From a cyanobacterium endosymbiont of Epithemia turgida isolate EtSB Lake Yunoko (GTDB taxonomy: Bacteria > Cyanobacteriota > Cyanobacteriia > Cyanobacteriales > Microcystaceae), in NCBI RefSeq assembly GCF_000829235.1, contig NZ_AP012549.1:1170001-1202000 (forward strand): a stretch of 32,000 nucleotides of DNA. Reading direction: 5' to 3'. Shown in pieces: positions 16,504 to 27,217 of this stretch. Position 1 is the first letter of the stretch. The number at the start of each line of letters is the position of its first letter. The notes under the pieces are model-generated. The model worked only from the letters and a program-made list of their open reading frames with translations. It made no database searches and had not been told where the DNA came from. Made by a program: the position numbers and the translations under genes.

Positions 16504-17955
16504 GTGACACCCAGAGTTCGTATTGCACCAAGTCCCACTGGAAATCTACACATTGGAACTGCAAGGACAGCTATTTTTAATTGGTTATTTGCTCGTCATC
16601 ACTGGGGGCAATTTATTTTACGCATTGAAGATACGGATCTTGAGCGATCAAGACCAGAATATACGGAAAATATTAAATCAGGACTCACTTGGCTAGGGTT
16701 AAATTGGGATGAGGGTCCCTTTTTGCAAACCCAACGCTTTGATCTCTATTGTCAAGGAATTCAAACCTTACTTGATAAGGGGTTTGCTTATCGTTGCTAC
16801 TGTACTCCTGAAGAATTAGAAAAAATGCGGGAGGAACAAAAAGCAAACAATCAAGCTCCTCGCTATGATAACCGTCATCGTCATCTCACTGAAGCAGAAT
16901 GTCAAAAGTTTGAATCTGAAGGTAAAAAACCTGTTATCCGTTTTATTATCGATGATAACCGTGAAATTGTCTGGAATGACTTAATCCGAAATAAAGTAAC
17001 CTGGAGAGGAAAGGATCTCGGTGGGGATATGGCAATTACTCGCATCCCTCAACTTGAAGGAGAGTCATTTGGACAACCCCTATATAATCTAGCTGTGGTA
17101 GTTGATGACTTAGACATGAAAATTACCCATGTCATTCGGGGAGAAGATCATATTGCCAATACAGCAAAACAGATTTTACTTTATGAAGCGTTAGGGAAAA
17201 CAGTTCCAGATTTTGCTCATACCCCCCTTATTTTAAATCAGGAGGGAGGAAAACTGTCTAAACGCGACGGAGCATCATCTATTGATGACTTCCGTAAAAT
17301 GGGTTTTTTACCCGATGCTCTCGCCAATTATATAATGCTCTTGGGTTGGACTCCCCCTGACTCCACTAAGGAAATTTTTACTTTAAGTGAGGCCGCGAAA
17401 GAATTTAGTTTAGAAAGGGTAAATAAAGCGGGGGCAAAATTTGATTGGGGTAAACTAGATTGGATTAATAGTCAATATCTCCATCAAATTCCAGCCTCGG
17501 AATTAGTTGAGCTAGCTTTCCCCTATTGGAAAGAAGCGGGTTATGAAGTTAATCTGGAAAGTGATCGTCCTTGGTTAGAACAGTTAGCAGCTCTAATTGT
17601 CCCCAGTTTAACTAGGTTAACTGATGTAATAAAAGAGAGCCGTTTATTGTTTGGCAACACACTTAGTTATAGTAATGAAGCTCTAGAACAATTGCGAAAA
17701 GAGGGAGTCAAAGATATCATACAAGCTGTGGTTGATAATTTAGCTAATTATCCTCAGTTAAGTGAAGACAATGTAAAGGAGATTATCAGGCAAGTTACCG
17801 TAGATTTTAAGATCAAAAAGGGTTTAATTATGCGCTCTCTCAGAGCCGGTTTAATGGGTGAATTACATGGTCCTGATTTAATTAAATCTTGGTTTTTATT
17901 ACACCAAAAAGGATGGGATATAATCCGTTTAAAAGAAAGCTTAAGTCAAATCTAG
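16504..17955 (+). CDS. gltX: Glutamyl-tRNA synthetase
   Basis: [28 protein letters not shown] (HIGH-type motif), [21 protein letters not shown] (KMSKS-type motif), full length 483 aa. It has a GTG start with aggag 8 nt upstream. Confidence 0.95.
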   Translation: MTPRVRIAPSPTGNLHIGTARTAIFNWLFARHHWGQFILRIEDTDLERSRPEYTENIKSGLTWLGLNWDEGPFLQTQRFDLYCQGIQTLLDKGFAYRCYCTPEELEKMREEQKANNQAPRYDNRHRHLTEAECQKFESEGKKPVIRFIIDDNREIVWNDLIRNKVTWRGKDLGGDMAITRIPQLEGESFGQPLYNLAVVVDDLDMKITHVIRGEDHIANTAKQILLYEALGKTVPDFAHTPLILNQEGGKLSKRDGASSIDDFRKMGFLPDALANYIMLLGWTPPDSTKEIFTLSEAAKEFSLERVNKAGAKFDWGKLDWINSQYLHQIPASELVELAFPYWKEAGYEVNLESDRPWLEQLAALIVPSLTRLTDVIKESRLLFGNTLSYSNEALEQLRKEGVKDIIQAVVDNLANYPQLSEDNVKEIIRQVTVDFKIKKGLIMRSLRAGLMGELHGPDLIKSWFLLHQKGWDIIRLKESLSQI

Positions 17956-17979
17956 AACAGATAAATTCTTGATTTTGGT

Positions 17980-18012
17980 AGGAGCGTAATTTATTACATC
18001 TCCTTTAGTTTT
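17980..18012 (+). terminator. Weak candidate terminator after gltX
   Basis: aggag-c-gtaat-tt-attac-at-ctcct is an imperfect two-part stem. It is followed by ttagtttt and begins 25 nt after the stop codon. Confidence 0.35.
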
Positions 18013-18299
18013 AAAAGTTAACGTTCGAGTTTTTATTAATTTGATTAAATATTTTTTAATCTTGACTTGAGAAAAAGTGATTCTGGAATATCTTGTAAAG
18101 CAGATAAGTCTTTTTTGCGGAGTTGACAGCTTTAGGATTAAAGAAAAAATAAACCTATTTATGTATTTTCTTCAGAAATTGACTCTGATAGTAGAAAACC
18201 TGTTAGTTAAATTTTTGAAAAAAACCTTCAATAATTTTACTGAAGTAGCAGAGAAATAAATCTTTAATCATAATTTTTATCTGCTTAATTTTTCTGTAT

Positions 18300-18334
18300 A
18301 ATATTTAATATTTAATATTTAATATTTAATATTT
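18300..18334. repeat. Heptanucleotide microsatellite (AATATTT)x5
   Basis: Five exact tandem copies, counted by hand. Confidence 0.95.
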
Positions 18335-19057
18335 ACGCAAACCTATAAGATTTAAAATATAAACAGATAACAATCTTTTTAAGAACTATTTATAGTATAG
18401 TATCGAAAAAAAATATAAGTTTTGTTAGTGTAAAGAAGATAAAAATTTTTTAAAATATTAAACATTATATTTGCTACTAATTTATTTGTAAATTAGCAAT
18501 CATTACTATTATTATAGAAACAATAATATTATCAGCTAGATTGCCATAAGACTTCAAGAAATACTGTATTTCTTTGGAGAAAGGTAAGAATTAAAAGAGT
18601 CATTAGACTCTTTTATATAAAAATAAAAAATATAGAAATAAAATTTAATTGCTAATAATAGACTGGCTATAAATCATAACTATAAATCAGATAAAACTCA
18701 ACATTGCCACTTTATTTATATCTATAGCATCAAATATTTCAATTAGTTTAATGAATGGTATTCTAAATTTAGAAAAATTTACTATTGTCCACTATCAGAC
18801 TTAAAATAAGATAAGAACAGATTAATTTATTTAAAAAATTAACGTAACAACAATTGGCATTTATCTTGGCTTAACTATTTTAAATTAATTCCAGATAGAG
18901 AGAGCTATCTATCTCAAAATAGATGTAATTTTTAAACTAATGTAAAAATTAATTTAGAGAATTGTCAGGCTAACTTTAAAAAATACTAAAAAAGAACAAA
19001 AATTACTAATGATATGAAAAAGTACCTCAGATATAAAAATAATAATCAATCTAGTAT

Positions 19058-20152
19058 TTAAAGAAATCTTTTTAAAACCTCTAAAGTGGAATTTCCAGTT
19101 TTTTGCCAACTGAATTGACTAGATTGTTGTAAACTCAAAGTTTTTAACTGTGATCGTAACCCATCATCATTGATAATTTGTTCCATTGCATCCGTTATTT
19201 CTGATACCTGATAAGGATTAATTAATAATCCCGCATCTCCTGCAAGTTCAGGGAGAGAAGATGAGTTAGAAGTAATCACAGGTGTTCCACATCCCATTGC
19301 TTCTAAAACTGGAAACCCAAATCCTTCCCATAAAGAAGGAAATACTAATGCTAATGCTTGATTTAATAGAATAGGCAATTGATTATAGGAAACGTAATCA
19401 AGAAATTTAATTTGATTTCTTATTCCTAATTCAGTTGCTTGTTGTTGTAATTTGGGGGTATAACGTTTATCTGTTTGCCCCGCTAACCAAAGTTCATAAT
19501 TTTGATAATTCCTAATTCCTGCAAATGCTTTAATTAAACGGGATAAATTTTTATGGAGATCATGACGACCTAAATAAAGGAAATAGGGTAAACTAGTCTT
19601 GGATCTTATTTTTTTTTTAAATTTTAACGGACGAAAATGATTTGAATTATAAGCAAGAAGAATAGGAGTTATTTTCTTAGCAGAAATCCCAAAAAAATCA
19701 ATAATATCTGTCGCTGTTGCTTGAGAATTACAAAGAATATGTCTAGCTTGTTTTAAAACTTGTGGAATGTAATTCTTGAAATAAGGTGTTAGAGGGGAGT
19801 TCTTTTTAGGGAAACGCAATGGAATTAAATCATGTACCATGACGACGGATTGACAGTTAGTGTACAATGGAGCTTCAGGAACTGGTGAAAATAATAATGA
19901 ACCTTCTAATTTTTTATAGATTTTTGGTAACTTAAACTGTGTCCATAATAATCTACGAAAATGACCTACAGTTCCTTGTTCTGAAGTTAAATTTTTAGGT
20001 ATTAAATAGCAATTAAAGTTATAATTATTTTGGGCTATTAATAATGTAGGATTTAGGTTTGTAAAGTAAGGAAAAATGCTATCAGCATAAATAGTAATGC
20101 CTGTCGGTTTAGACATCAACATAGAAAGATTAATAAACAAATTTTTTGCCAT
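19058..20152 (-). CDS. Glycosyltransferase, GT-B fold, family 4/1 type
   Basis: C-terminal domain signature FPSLWEGFGFPVLEAMGCGTPVITSNSSSLPELAGDAGLLINP (EX7E motif). It is the last gene of the operon. Confidence 0.85.
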   Translation of the reverse strand: MAKNLFINLSMLMSKPTGITIYADSIFPYFTNLNPTLLIAQNNYNFNCYLIPKNLTSEQGTVGHFRRLLWTQFKLPKIYKKLEGSLLFSPVPEAPLYTNCQSVVMVHDLIPLRFPKKNSPLTPYFKNYIPQVLKQARHILCNSQATATDIIDFFGISAKKITPILLAYNSNHFRPLKFKKKIRSKTSLPYFLYLGRHDLHKNLSRLIKAFAGIRNYQNYELWLAGQTDKRYTPKLQQQATELGIRNQIKFLDYVSYNQLPILLNQALALVFPSLWEGFGFPVLEAMGCGTPVITSNSSSLPELAGDAGLLINPYQVSEITDAMEQIINDDGLRSQLKTLSLQQSSQFSWQKTGNSTLEVLKRFL

Positions 20153-20164
20153 ATCAATAAACCA

Positions 20165-21322
20165 TTAATTAATTAATTGGTAAGCTTTAAAAGTTTCTTG
20201 TGCCGTTTTCTCCCAAGAAAATAATTTTGCTCTTTCTTTTCCTTTCTTAGTTAATTCTTTTCTTAACTGAGAATCACTAATCACCTTTAAAATAGCCTCG
20301 GCTAATTCTAGGAAATCATTTGGATTAATCAACAATGCTGCATCTCCCGCAATTTCAGGAAGGGATGAAGTATTAGAAGTGATTACGGGGGACCCTAATG
20401 TCATTGCTTCTAGAACAGGTAAGCCAAATCCTTCATAAAAAGAAGGATAAATAAAAACCTCAGCTTGAGCATAGAAGAAAGCTAATAATTTATCAGGTAA
20501 ATAGTTTAAATAATAGATACTTTGTTGGTATTTTGAATTTTTTATTGCTTCAAAACTAGATTGATACTTCCATCCCTTTTGACCAATTAAAATGAGGTTA
20601 TGAGGAATTTTATGTTGTTTCTTTAAATAGTCAAACGCTTTAATTAAAGCAATCACATTCTTTCTGGGTTCAATAGTACTAACAAACAGAAAATAAGGAA
20701 TAGACAAATTATAATCTATAGAATTTTTGAGAAGCTCAATCTTATCAAATTTAATTTCATTAGAAGAGTAACGACTTGCTTCGTAAGTTATCTTAATTCT
20801 CTCAGAACTAATATTAAAATATTCAATAATATCCTGTTTAGTACTTTCAGAAAAAGTAATAATCAAGTCTGTCCATTTTAAACAGCGTTTAATTCTTTCT
20901 AAATATCCTTGAACAAGGGTAGTAGAATATTGAGGATATTTAAGAAAAGTTAGATCATGGATAGTCATTATTTTACGACTTTTGGGATAAGGATAAACAT
21001 AATGATCGGTTCCATGAATAATATTAGGTTTATTTAAATAGCCCTCAAAATGTGACAAGATAGAATTAGGATATTTTGCTAACACATCAGCAATAGTAAC
21101 AGGAATAGGTAAGATAGAAACTTGAGAATAGTAAGTTAAAAAATGAGGGATGGAAAAATTTCTCAACAACCAATTTTTGACGGAAGGATGAAAGTAAATT
21201 TCTAGCTCAAAGTGTTCAATTTCTTGTAATTTAGCCAATGATGCTATTATATTTAGGACATAGACCCCAATTCCACTAAGTTTTCCCCTAAGCGGTGTTC
21301 CATCAAGACAAACTTTAAACAT
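20165..21322 (-). CDS. Glycosyltransferase, GT-B fold, family 4/1 type (paralogue of the downstream gene)
   Basis: [43 protein letters not shown]. Its ATG overlaps the stop of the upstream ORF as TAATG, which suggests translational coupling. Confidence 0.85.
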   Translation of the reverse strand: MFKVCLDGTPLRGKLSGIGVYVLNIIASLAKLQEIEHFELEIYFHPSVKNWLLRNFSIPHFLTYYSQVSILPIPVTIADVLAKYPNSILSHFEGYLNKPNIIHGTDHYVYPYPKSRKIMTIHDLTFLKYPQYSTTLVQGYLERIKRCLKWTDLIITFSESTKQDIIEYFNISSERIKITYEASRYSSNEIKFDKIELLKNSIDYNLSIPYFLFVSTIEPRKNVIALIKAFDYLKKQHKIPHNLILIGQKGWKYQSSFEAIKNSKYQQSIYYLNYLPDKLLAFFYAQAEVFIYPSFYEGFGLPVLEAMTLGSPVITSNTSSLPEIAGDAALLINPNDFLELAEAILKVISDSQLRKELTKKGKERAKLFSWEKTAQETFKAYQLIN

Positions 21323-22491
21323 TATTTATGGTTGATTATCTTTTGCATAACTTCAGCATAGCGATTCAAACAATGATAGTTTAGGTAGCTGTTTTGCATT
21401 GCCTTGATTTTATTTTTTATATTGGGATATTTAATTATTCTAAGAATAGAGATGAATACTTCTTCAGGAATTTCCCAATTAATAATTAATTCACCTAAAT
21501 CATATTTAAGCAATTCGTAAGCCATCCAAGTTTTATCAGTTACTAAAGGTATTTTGCCAGCAATGATGGACTCAGTAAAAATTCCTGACGTTCTTTCTCC
21601 ATAGGACTGGCAATCATAGGGTAATAAAATAACATCACTAACACTTAGCCAATAATTATACTCTTTTCTTGTTAATTTATCTTGAATTAATTTAACTTTA
21701 ATTCCTCCTTTAGTTACTTTTAAATTAGATGTTTTTGCTGCAACTAGATAAATTTCATCACTGTTTTTTAGATTGCTATCAACTAACTTTTTAATAATAT
21801 TCCATCCTTTTTCCTCTCTAGGAAAACCTGGCCACCAACATAAAATTCCAGGCAACTTATTTTTTATATCGCAATTATAAATTTTAATTTCAGTATGAGG
21901 AATTGGAATTACTGTAACATGTTCTTGAAAATAATTAGATAAAGATTGACCTAATAAATCGCTATCTGTTAGTAACTTTAAGTTACCTGCTGGTAGACTT
22001 TTCTTGATCAAATAATTGAGAAACTTATAAACGTATCTAGTTTTATCTTTATGAGTATTTCTACGATATAGTAGCCAAACTGATAAATTTTTTGTGGGAA
22101 CTAGCCATAAAGCAATCGTTAAGGCAAGCAATTGTAAGTGAATAAATCTTTCGAGAAAAACAATAGATAATTCTGATTTGTAAATAACGTTATTTCGTAA
22201 ATATTTGGCTGTTGTCGTCCCTAAATAAAAAACTCCAGTTAACCTTAAAATTTTTTGCCAAAAATTTCCTTCTTTTTCAAGATCAAAATTGCTTAAACAG
22301 TCATCCCATTCTGCAAGTACATCACCAACTTTTGACTTAGAAGGAATAGCAGCTAAATGTTTCCAGCCTAACTTAGAAACCGCTTGACTAACCGCTTGAT
22401 GATAGGGAACAATGTGTCCTTTACCTTCCATTAAATTAGGAATTAGTGAAACTAATATAGGTGTTGAAGACTCTTCCTGATTTTTAATCAT
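21322..22491 (-). CDS. Hypothetical 389-aa protein, possibly a very divergent GT-B glycosyltransferase
   Basis: Intact ORF embedded in the sugar operon. Its only weak resemblance is to GT-B C-terminal domains (ILLPYDCQSYGERTSGIFTESIIAGKIPLVTDKTWMAYEL). I recognise no canonical motif. Confidence 0.45.
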   Translation of the reverse strand: MIKNQEESSTPILVSLIPNLMEGKGHIVPYHQAVSQAVSKLGWKHLAAIPSKSKVGDVLAEWDDCLSNFDLEKEGNFWQKILRLTGVFYLGTTTAKYLRNNVIYKSELSIVFLERFIHLQLLALTIALWLVPTKNLSVWLLYRRNTHKDKTRYVYKFLNYLIKKSLPAGNLKLLTDSDLLGQSLSNYFQEHVTVIPIPHTEIKIYNCDIKNKLPGILCWWPGFPREEKGWNIIKKLVDSNLKNSDEIYLVAAKTSNLKVTKGGIKVKLIQDKLTRKEYNYWLSVSDVILLPYDCQSYGERTSGIFTESIIAGKIPLVTDKTWMAYELLKYDLGELIINWEIPEEVFISILRIIKYPNIKNKIKAMQNSYLNYHCLNRYAEVMQKIINHK

Positions 22492-22595
22492 TAATAAATA
22501 TTATCTCATTAGAAATAACTGTTGTATTAAGACAATACAAAATTAACTGTTCGTATTCTGTTGTTTTTTCGTCAACAAAATTTACAATACTACTG

Positions 22596-23165
22596 TCAAT
22601 TTATTAGTTTAACTGTCTCAAACAATTCTTTAAAGACTTTAATTTGTATCGGATATTGCGCTAATTTTTTTACTGTCTCTAGTCCCCGTCCCGTTAAAAC
22701 TAAAATAGGTTTACAATTAGCCCTAATAGCAGCTTCTAAATCACTAAACGCATCACCAATAAAGAAAGATTGAGACAGAACTATGTGATGTTTGTTAGAT
22801 GCATTAATCAACATTTCAGGAGAAGGTTTACGGCAAAAACACTTGTCATCGGGACGGTGGGGACAAACAAAAATATCAGTAAAGAATACCCCAAAATAGC
22901 TATATTGTTGCTGAATATAACAGTGAACCTTTTCAACATCTTGCAAACTGTAATATCCTCTACCAACTCCGGCTTGGTTAGTGATTATAATCAGTAAATA
23001 ACCTGCATCTTGCCATTGTCTTAAAGCTTCCCCCGCACCAGAAGGAAGCTTCACTTGTTCAGGTTTACTTAAATAGGGGACGTAGTTAACAATCACCCCA
23101 TCTCTATCTAGAAATAGGGCTTTATTGAAATGTGTATGAGAAGTATTGGTTGAATAATCCACCAT
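22596..23165 (-). CDS. gmhB: D-glycero-D-manno-heptose 1,7-bisphosphate phosphatase (HAD-IIIA)
   Basis: FLDRDGVI (DxDx nucleophile motif), IITNQAGVGRGY, zinc-finger insert CPHRPDDKCFCRKP, FIGDAFSDLEAA. Confidence 0.85.
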   Translation of the reverse strand: MVDYSTNTSHTHFNKALFLDRDGVIVNYVPYLSKPEQVKLPSGAGEALRQWQDAGYLLIIITNQAGVGRGYYSLQDVEKVHCYIQQQYSYFGVFFTDIFVCPHRPDDKCFCRKPSPEMLINASNKHHIVLSQSFFIGDAFSDLEAAIRANCKPILVLTGRGLETVKKLAQYPIQIKVFKELFETVKLIN

Positions 23166-23178
23166 TTCATTTCAGATG

Positions 23179-23772
23179 TCAAACCGCAATTTGGCCTTCT
23201 AAGCCAGCGTTAGCAAACAACTGCGCTTCCACTTGCTCACAAATTCGATGATAGGTCATTAGGTGAATTTCTTGAATATAGGGGGTGTGGTGTTGTTTTA
23301 CAAAAAGGGGATAATCTGACATTTCTTTGAGCATCCCACCATTATTTCCCGCCATTCCTATAGTAACCAATCCCATATCTTTAGCCATCTCAAAAGCACG
23401 CACCACATTGGCAGACTTTCCAGACGTAGAAAGTCCCCAAAGAATATCCCCTGGTTGTCCAAAAGCTTCCACTTGGCGGGAGAAGATTGTTTCATACTCG
23501 TAGTCATTAGCCCAAGCAGTCAAAGTTGCCAGATTACTTCCTAGGGCAATTGCGGGCAAACCTCTACGATGCAGTTGAAACCGCCCCACAAATTCAGCCG
23601 CAATGTGTTGAGCATCGGCCGCGGAGCCGCCATTACCACAAATCAGTAATTTATGTCCATTTCGGAACTGTCTAGCAATTAAACTGATTGTTTGTTCAAC
23701 TGAAAGACAATATTTGTGGTTAAACGCTTCTTCTAGGCTTTTGAGCCTATGTTGAATCCAATAATAACTCAC
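23179..23772 (-). CDS. gmhA: Phosphoheptose (sedoheptulose-7-phosphate) isomerase, SIS domain
   Basis: LLICGNGGSAADAQHIAAEFVGRF, LPAIAL, GLSTSGKSANVV, IQEIHLMTYHRICEQVE. It has a GTG start. Confidence 0.88.
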   Translation of the reverse strand: MSYYWIQHRLKSLEEAFNHKYCLSVEQTISLIARQFRNGHKLLICGNGGSAADAQHIAAEFVGRFQLHRRGLPAIALGSNLATLTAWANDYEYETIFSRQVEAFGQPGDILWGLSTSGKSANVVRAFEMAKDMGLVTIGMAGNNGGMLKEMSDYPLFVKQHHTPYIQEIHLMTYHRICEQVEAQLFANAGLEGQIAV

Positions 23773-23794
23773 CGTTACTCCTCACTTAACTTAC

Positions 23795-24721
23795 TTACCT
23801 AGCCGGAATAAGTTTTCCTTGTTCGAGCCAGAACCACTCTATAGTTTTAGCTAACCCTAATTCTAATGGAGTTAACTTGAAATTGGGTAAAGATTCCTTA
23901 AGTTTTTCAACAACTAAACACTTAGACCTAGCCCCTACATAGCGAGAGGTATCAAATTCAATTTGATTGAAGTCGTAGTCAACTTCTCTACAGATTAGCT
24001 TGGCAAAGTGTCGGATAGTGTATTCTTTCCCTGCGCCAATGTTAATTAGGTCATTATCAATGGTAGCAGCTAGTTGGGTGGTAATCTTAGCAAAATCTTC
24101 AACAAAGACCAATTCCCGTAATTGGGTTCCATCTCCCCATAAGACCACAGGTTCGCTATAAAGTTTCCCCCGAATTATCTTACGGATTAGATCGAAAACA
24201 AAGTGCATCTGTCGTCCATCAGTGTGATATCGTGGACCATAAAGGGTAGAAGGAACTAAACAGAGATATTTTAGACCATATTGTTTGTTTAAAGCTAATA
24301 AACCTGCGTACAGCATTCGTTTAGTCATGGCATAAGTAAACAAACTGCTGATAGGTATCCCTGTGAGGTAATTTTCTTCGAATAAGGGTAAATGAGGGTC
24401 ATAAGCGCAACTTGTCCCCATACAGATGAATTTAGCCTGGGGTTGGTATTTCTGCCACCATATGAGAATGTTAGTATTCATCTGTTGGTTAATAATCCAT
24501 TGTTCCCCTGGATGGTAGAGACAAAAATCCCCTGCTTGGGTCCAGGCAGCTAAATGGTAAATTTGATCATAGTTGTGATCGTTAAAATTGAGTAACGAGT
24601 CAGTTTGAGTGAGATCGCAGTTTTTAGAGTTGAGACGGACTATTTCGTGTCCTTGTGCTTGAAGTTGAGAACAAAGATTAGTTCCGACAAACCCCATTGC
24701 ACCAGTAATTAGAATTTTCAT
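23795..24721 (-). CDS. NAD(P)-dependent sugar-nucleotide epimerase/reductase, extended SDR, GDP-L-fucose-synthase-like
   Basis: MKILITGAMGFVGTNL (Rossmann GxxGxxG), GTSCAYDP, catalytic YAMTK (YxxxK), PSTLYGP. AAGGAG lies 9 nt upstream of the ATG. It is the first gene of the operon. Confidence 0.8.
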   Translation of the reverse strand: MKILITGAMGFVGTNLCSQLQAQGHEIVRLNSKNCDLTQTDSLLNFNDHNYDQIYHLAAWTQAGDFCLYHPGEQWIINQQMNTNILIWWQKYQPQAKFICMGTSCAYDPHLPLFEENYLTGIPISSLFTYAMTKRMLYAGLLALNKQYGLKYLCLVPSTLYGPRYHTDGRQMHFVFDLIRKIIRGKLYSEPVVLWGDGTQLRELVFVEDFAKITTQLAATIDNDLINIGAGKEYTIRHFAKLICREVDYDFNQIEFDTSRYVGARSKCLVVEKLKESLPNFKLTPLELGLAKTIEWFWLEQGKLIPAR

Positions 24722-24782
24722 TATTGAGTACTCCTTTTATCAGCATTCGTTGATCACCCTTGCGGAAGAGTATCGTAGAGAT

Positions 24783-24811
24783 ACTATAGCTATGGCATAT
24801 AGTTTTGTAAA
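24783..24811 (-). promoter_or_regulatory. Candidate sigma-70-type promoter of the 6-gene sugar operon
   Basis: On the minus strand: TTTACA (24811-24806), 17-nt spacer, TATAGT (24788-24783). This is ~60 nt upstream of the epimerase ATG. Confidence 0.4.
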
Positions 24812-24876
24812 GAATTCTAAAGGTTAAGAGATAGAGAGTTGTTAATGTTTATTGAACGCCAAAACTTCAGAACAGG

Positions 24877-24921
24877 AAAATTATCTTCGCCAATAATGGT
24901 ATTATTGGCAAAGATAATTTT
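24877..24921. repeat. 21-bp-arm inverted repeat (one mismatch), 3-nt loop, in the divergent intergenic region
   Basis: aaaattatcttCgccaataat-ggt-attattggcaAagataatttt, pairs checked by hand, single C/A mismatch. Confidence 0.8.
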
Positions 24922-25515
24922 ACAAAAAAGATAAATATATTGATTACAAAATAAATGTCTTCATCAAGCTTAAAAATATTTTGTTTACACTAAACCGAAT
25001 GATGTAGAAGCGCCAAGTTAAAAAGGTTTGGATTTAAAACCTAAAAAAAATGTCGAGGAGCAATTCCTTAAGATTATAGAGGTAAGTCGTCAAAAAAATT
25101 AGGTTATAGCCAGTACAATATCAACTAGCGTCCTGACATATTCCTGTGCATAAGGCTTAAGCTCATTCTATTGTCTATTTTTAGCAATCTATTCTATAAA
25201 TATCTGTTTTTATTCCTTTACTCATTAATTAAACTCTTAAGTAGGTTTTTGTAGATTTAAACGGCTTGTTGCTGAAATAGATAAGAAAGCTACAATACTA
25301 TTACCCTTTACATTACTAAAATAAACTTTAAATATGTTTGATCGAAGTTCCAATAAATCTATGTTCTCTTACTCTAGTTGATTTTAACGAACACCGGCTA
25401 TTTTAGATAAAAAAATTAAACTTTTACTTCACCCTAACATAAAAAGATAAAATCGAACAAGAATAATGTTTCTCTTATCTTGATTTACAAAAAAGGTTTA
25501 TGAAAAAGTAACAAG

Positions 25516-26550
25516 ATGTATTCACTTCCTGCTGAATGGTATGAACAGGATGGGGTAGTGTTAACTTGGCCTCATCAAGATACGGACATAGCTCCTTTCC
25601 TAAAACAGGTGTATCCGATTTATCTTAAAATCAGTCAAGCAATTACCCAACGTCAAAAGTTAGTTTTAATTGTTTATGATTCTATCCTCAAGTATGAGGT
25701 TAAAAATCAGCTAATTTTACATAAAATAGACTTAGAACAGGTAATATTTATGATCGCTCCAACTAATGATATTTGGATAAGAGATTATGGAATTATCACT
25801 TTAGTAAACTCACAAAATAAGCTTAAAATCAATAATTTTCTTTTTAATGGCTGGGGTAATAAGTATAAACATCATCTTGACAATAGAATTAATAGTCACC
25901 TCATCAATAAAGTAATTAATCCTGAAGTAAAAACTGAATCTATCCCATTTGTTCTCGAAGGAGGAGCAATTGATTCAGACGGAAAAGGAACAATTTTAAC
26001 TACTAAATCTTGTCTGCTAAATCCTAATCGAAATCCTCAATTTACTCAAAGACAAATAAAAGAAATACTACTAAAAAAATTAGGAGCTAAAAAAATTATT
26101 TATCTAGAACATGGACATTTAGAAGGAGATGATACAGACAGTCATGTTGATACTTTAGTTCGTTTTGCTCCTAATAATACCATTGTTTATGTTACTTGCT
26201 CTGACAAAAAAGATAGTCATTATAAAGATTTACAAAGACTTGAAACTGAATTAAAAGACTTAAAAACAGAGGAAGCAAAAAATTATAATTTAATTTCCCT
26301 TCCTTGGACTAAACATAAGTACAATGCTCAAGGGAATAGACTTCCTGCTACCTATGCAAATTATTTAATTATTAATGGTGCAGTGTTGGTTCCTACTTAT
26401 CGAGATAAATCAGATAAGACAGCATTAATACAAGTTCAAAAAGCTTATCCTAGTTATCAAATAATTGGGATAGATTGTTTGCCTTTAATTTATCAATTTG
26501 GTTCATTACATTGTATTAGTATGCAACTTCCAAAAGGATTGCTTAAATAA
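25516..26550 (+). CDS. aguA: Agmatine deiminase (agmatine iminohydrolase, PAD_porph family)
   Basis: LPAEWYEQDGVVLTWPH, IWIRDYG, EGGAIDSDGKGTILTT, DDTDSHVDTLVRFAP, ATYANYLIINGAVLVPTY, GSLHCISMQLP (catalytic Cys). Confidence 0.9.
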   Translation: MYSLPAEWYEQDGVVLTWPHQDTDIAPFLKQVYPIYLKISQAITQRQKLVLIVYDSILKYEVKNQLILHKIDLEQVIFMIAPTNDIWIRDYGIITLVNSQNKLKINNFLFNGWGNKYKHHLDNRINSHLINKVINPEVKTESIPFVLEGGAIDSDGKGTILTTKSCLLNPNRNPQFTQRQIKEILLKKLGAKKIIYLEHGHLEGDDTDSHVDTLVRFAPNNTIVYVTCSDKKDSHYKDLQRLETELKDLKTEEAKNYNLISLPWTKHKYNAQGNRLPATYANYLIINGAVLVPTYRDKSDKTALIQVQKAYPSYQIIGIDCLPLIYQFGSLHCISMQLPKGLLK

Positions 26551-27217
26551 TTAAGCAATATATATTAATTAGTTATAGTGTTATTTTTAGCTGAGTTATG
26601 ATCAACAAATAATAAAAAATAAAGCTGGGTAAGCCATTAATTACTAATTTAAAATACTAAGTCTAAAAGAGATGATTTTATTACTTTAAATTAATAATTT
26701 TTGCTTTGTTTTTGTTGATTGTATCTAATTAATTTAAGTATTTATTAACAAAATTCTATCAATTTTATTAATAAATATGTTTTTATGGTGTTTTATACTG
26801 TATTGAGTTGACTAAAAAATTTTAAATTTACCGTAGTTAATTATAATTAAATGTAGTTTGAATTTCTAATGCTATCCCACAGAATTTTGGTTCCATCCAA
26901 TCTAATTTTTCAAAAATTCTGTATGCTTACTGTCAAAAAGATAATAAACTTTTATCAAAGTAGAATCATTAAACTAATTTTTATCACTTCTCTGTTGTGG
27001 GTCTGTGACAAATAGTACGGGAATATAATCATCTAGGACATAGCACCAAATCTCAATAAGTTATACTTATAGCATAAGAGCTGCTGCTTCCCTTTCTCTT
27101 CATAACTTCTTGTCGAACTCACGTTACAAAACTGCAAAACTAAAACTTTAAGTGTAGGGTAGATGATGCCTATCAAGAGGTTAAGATTGTTATCAGAAAA
27201 TTTTTGTTTAGTCAATT

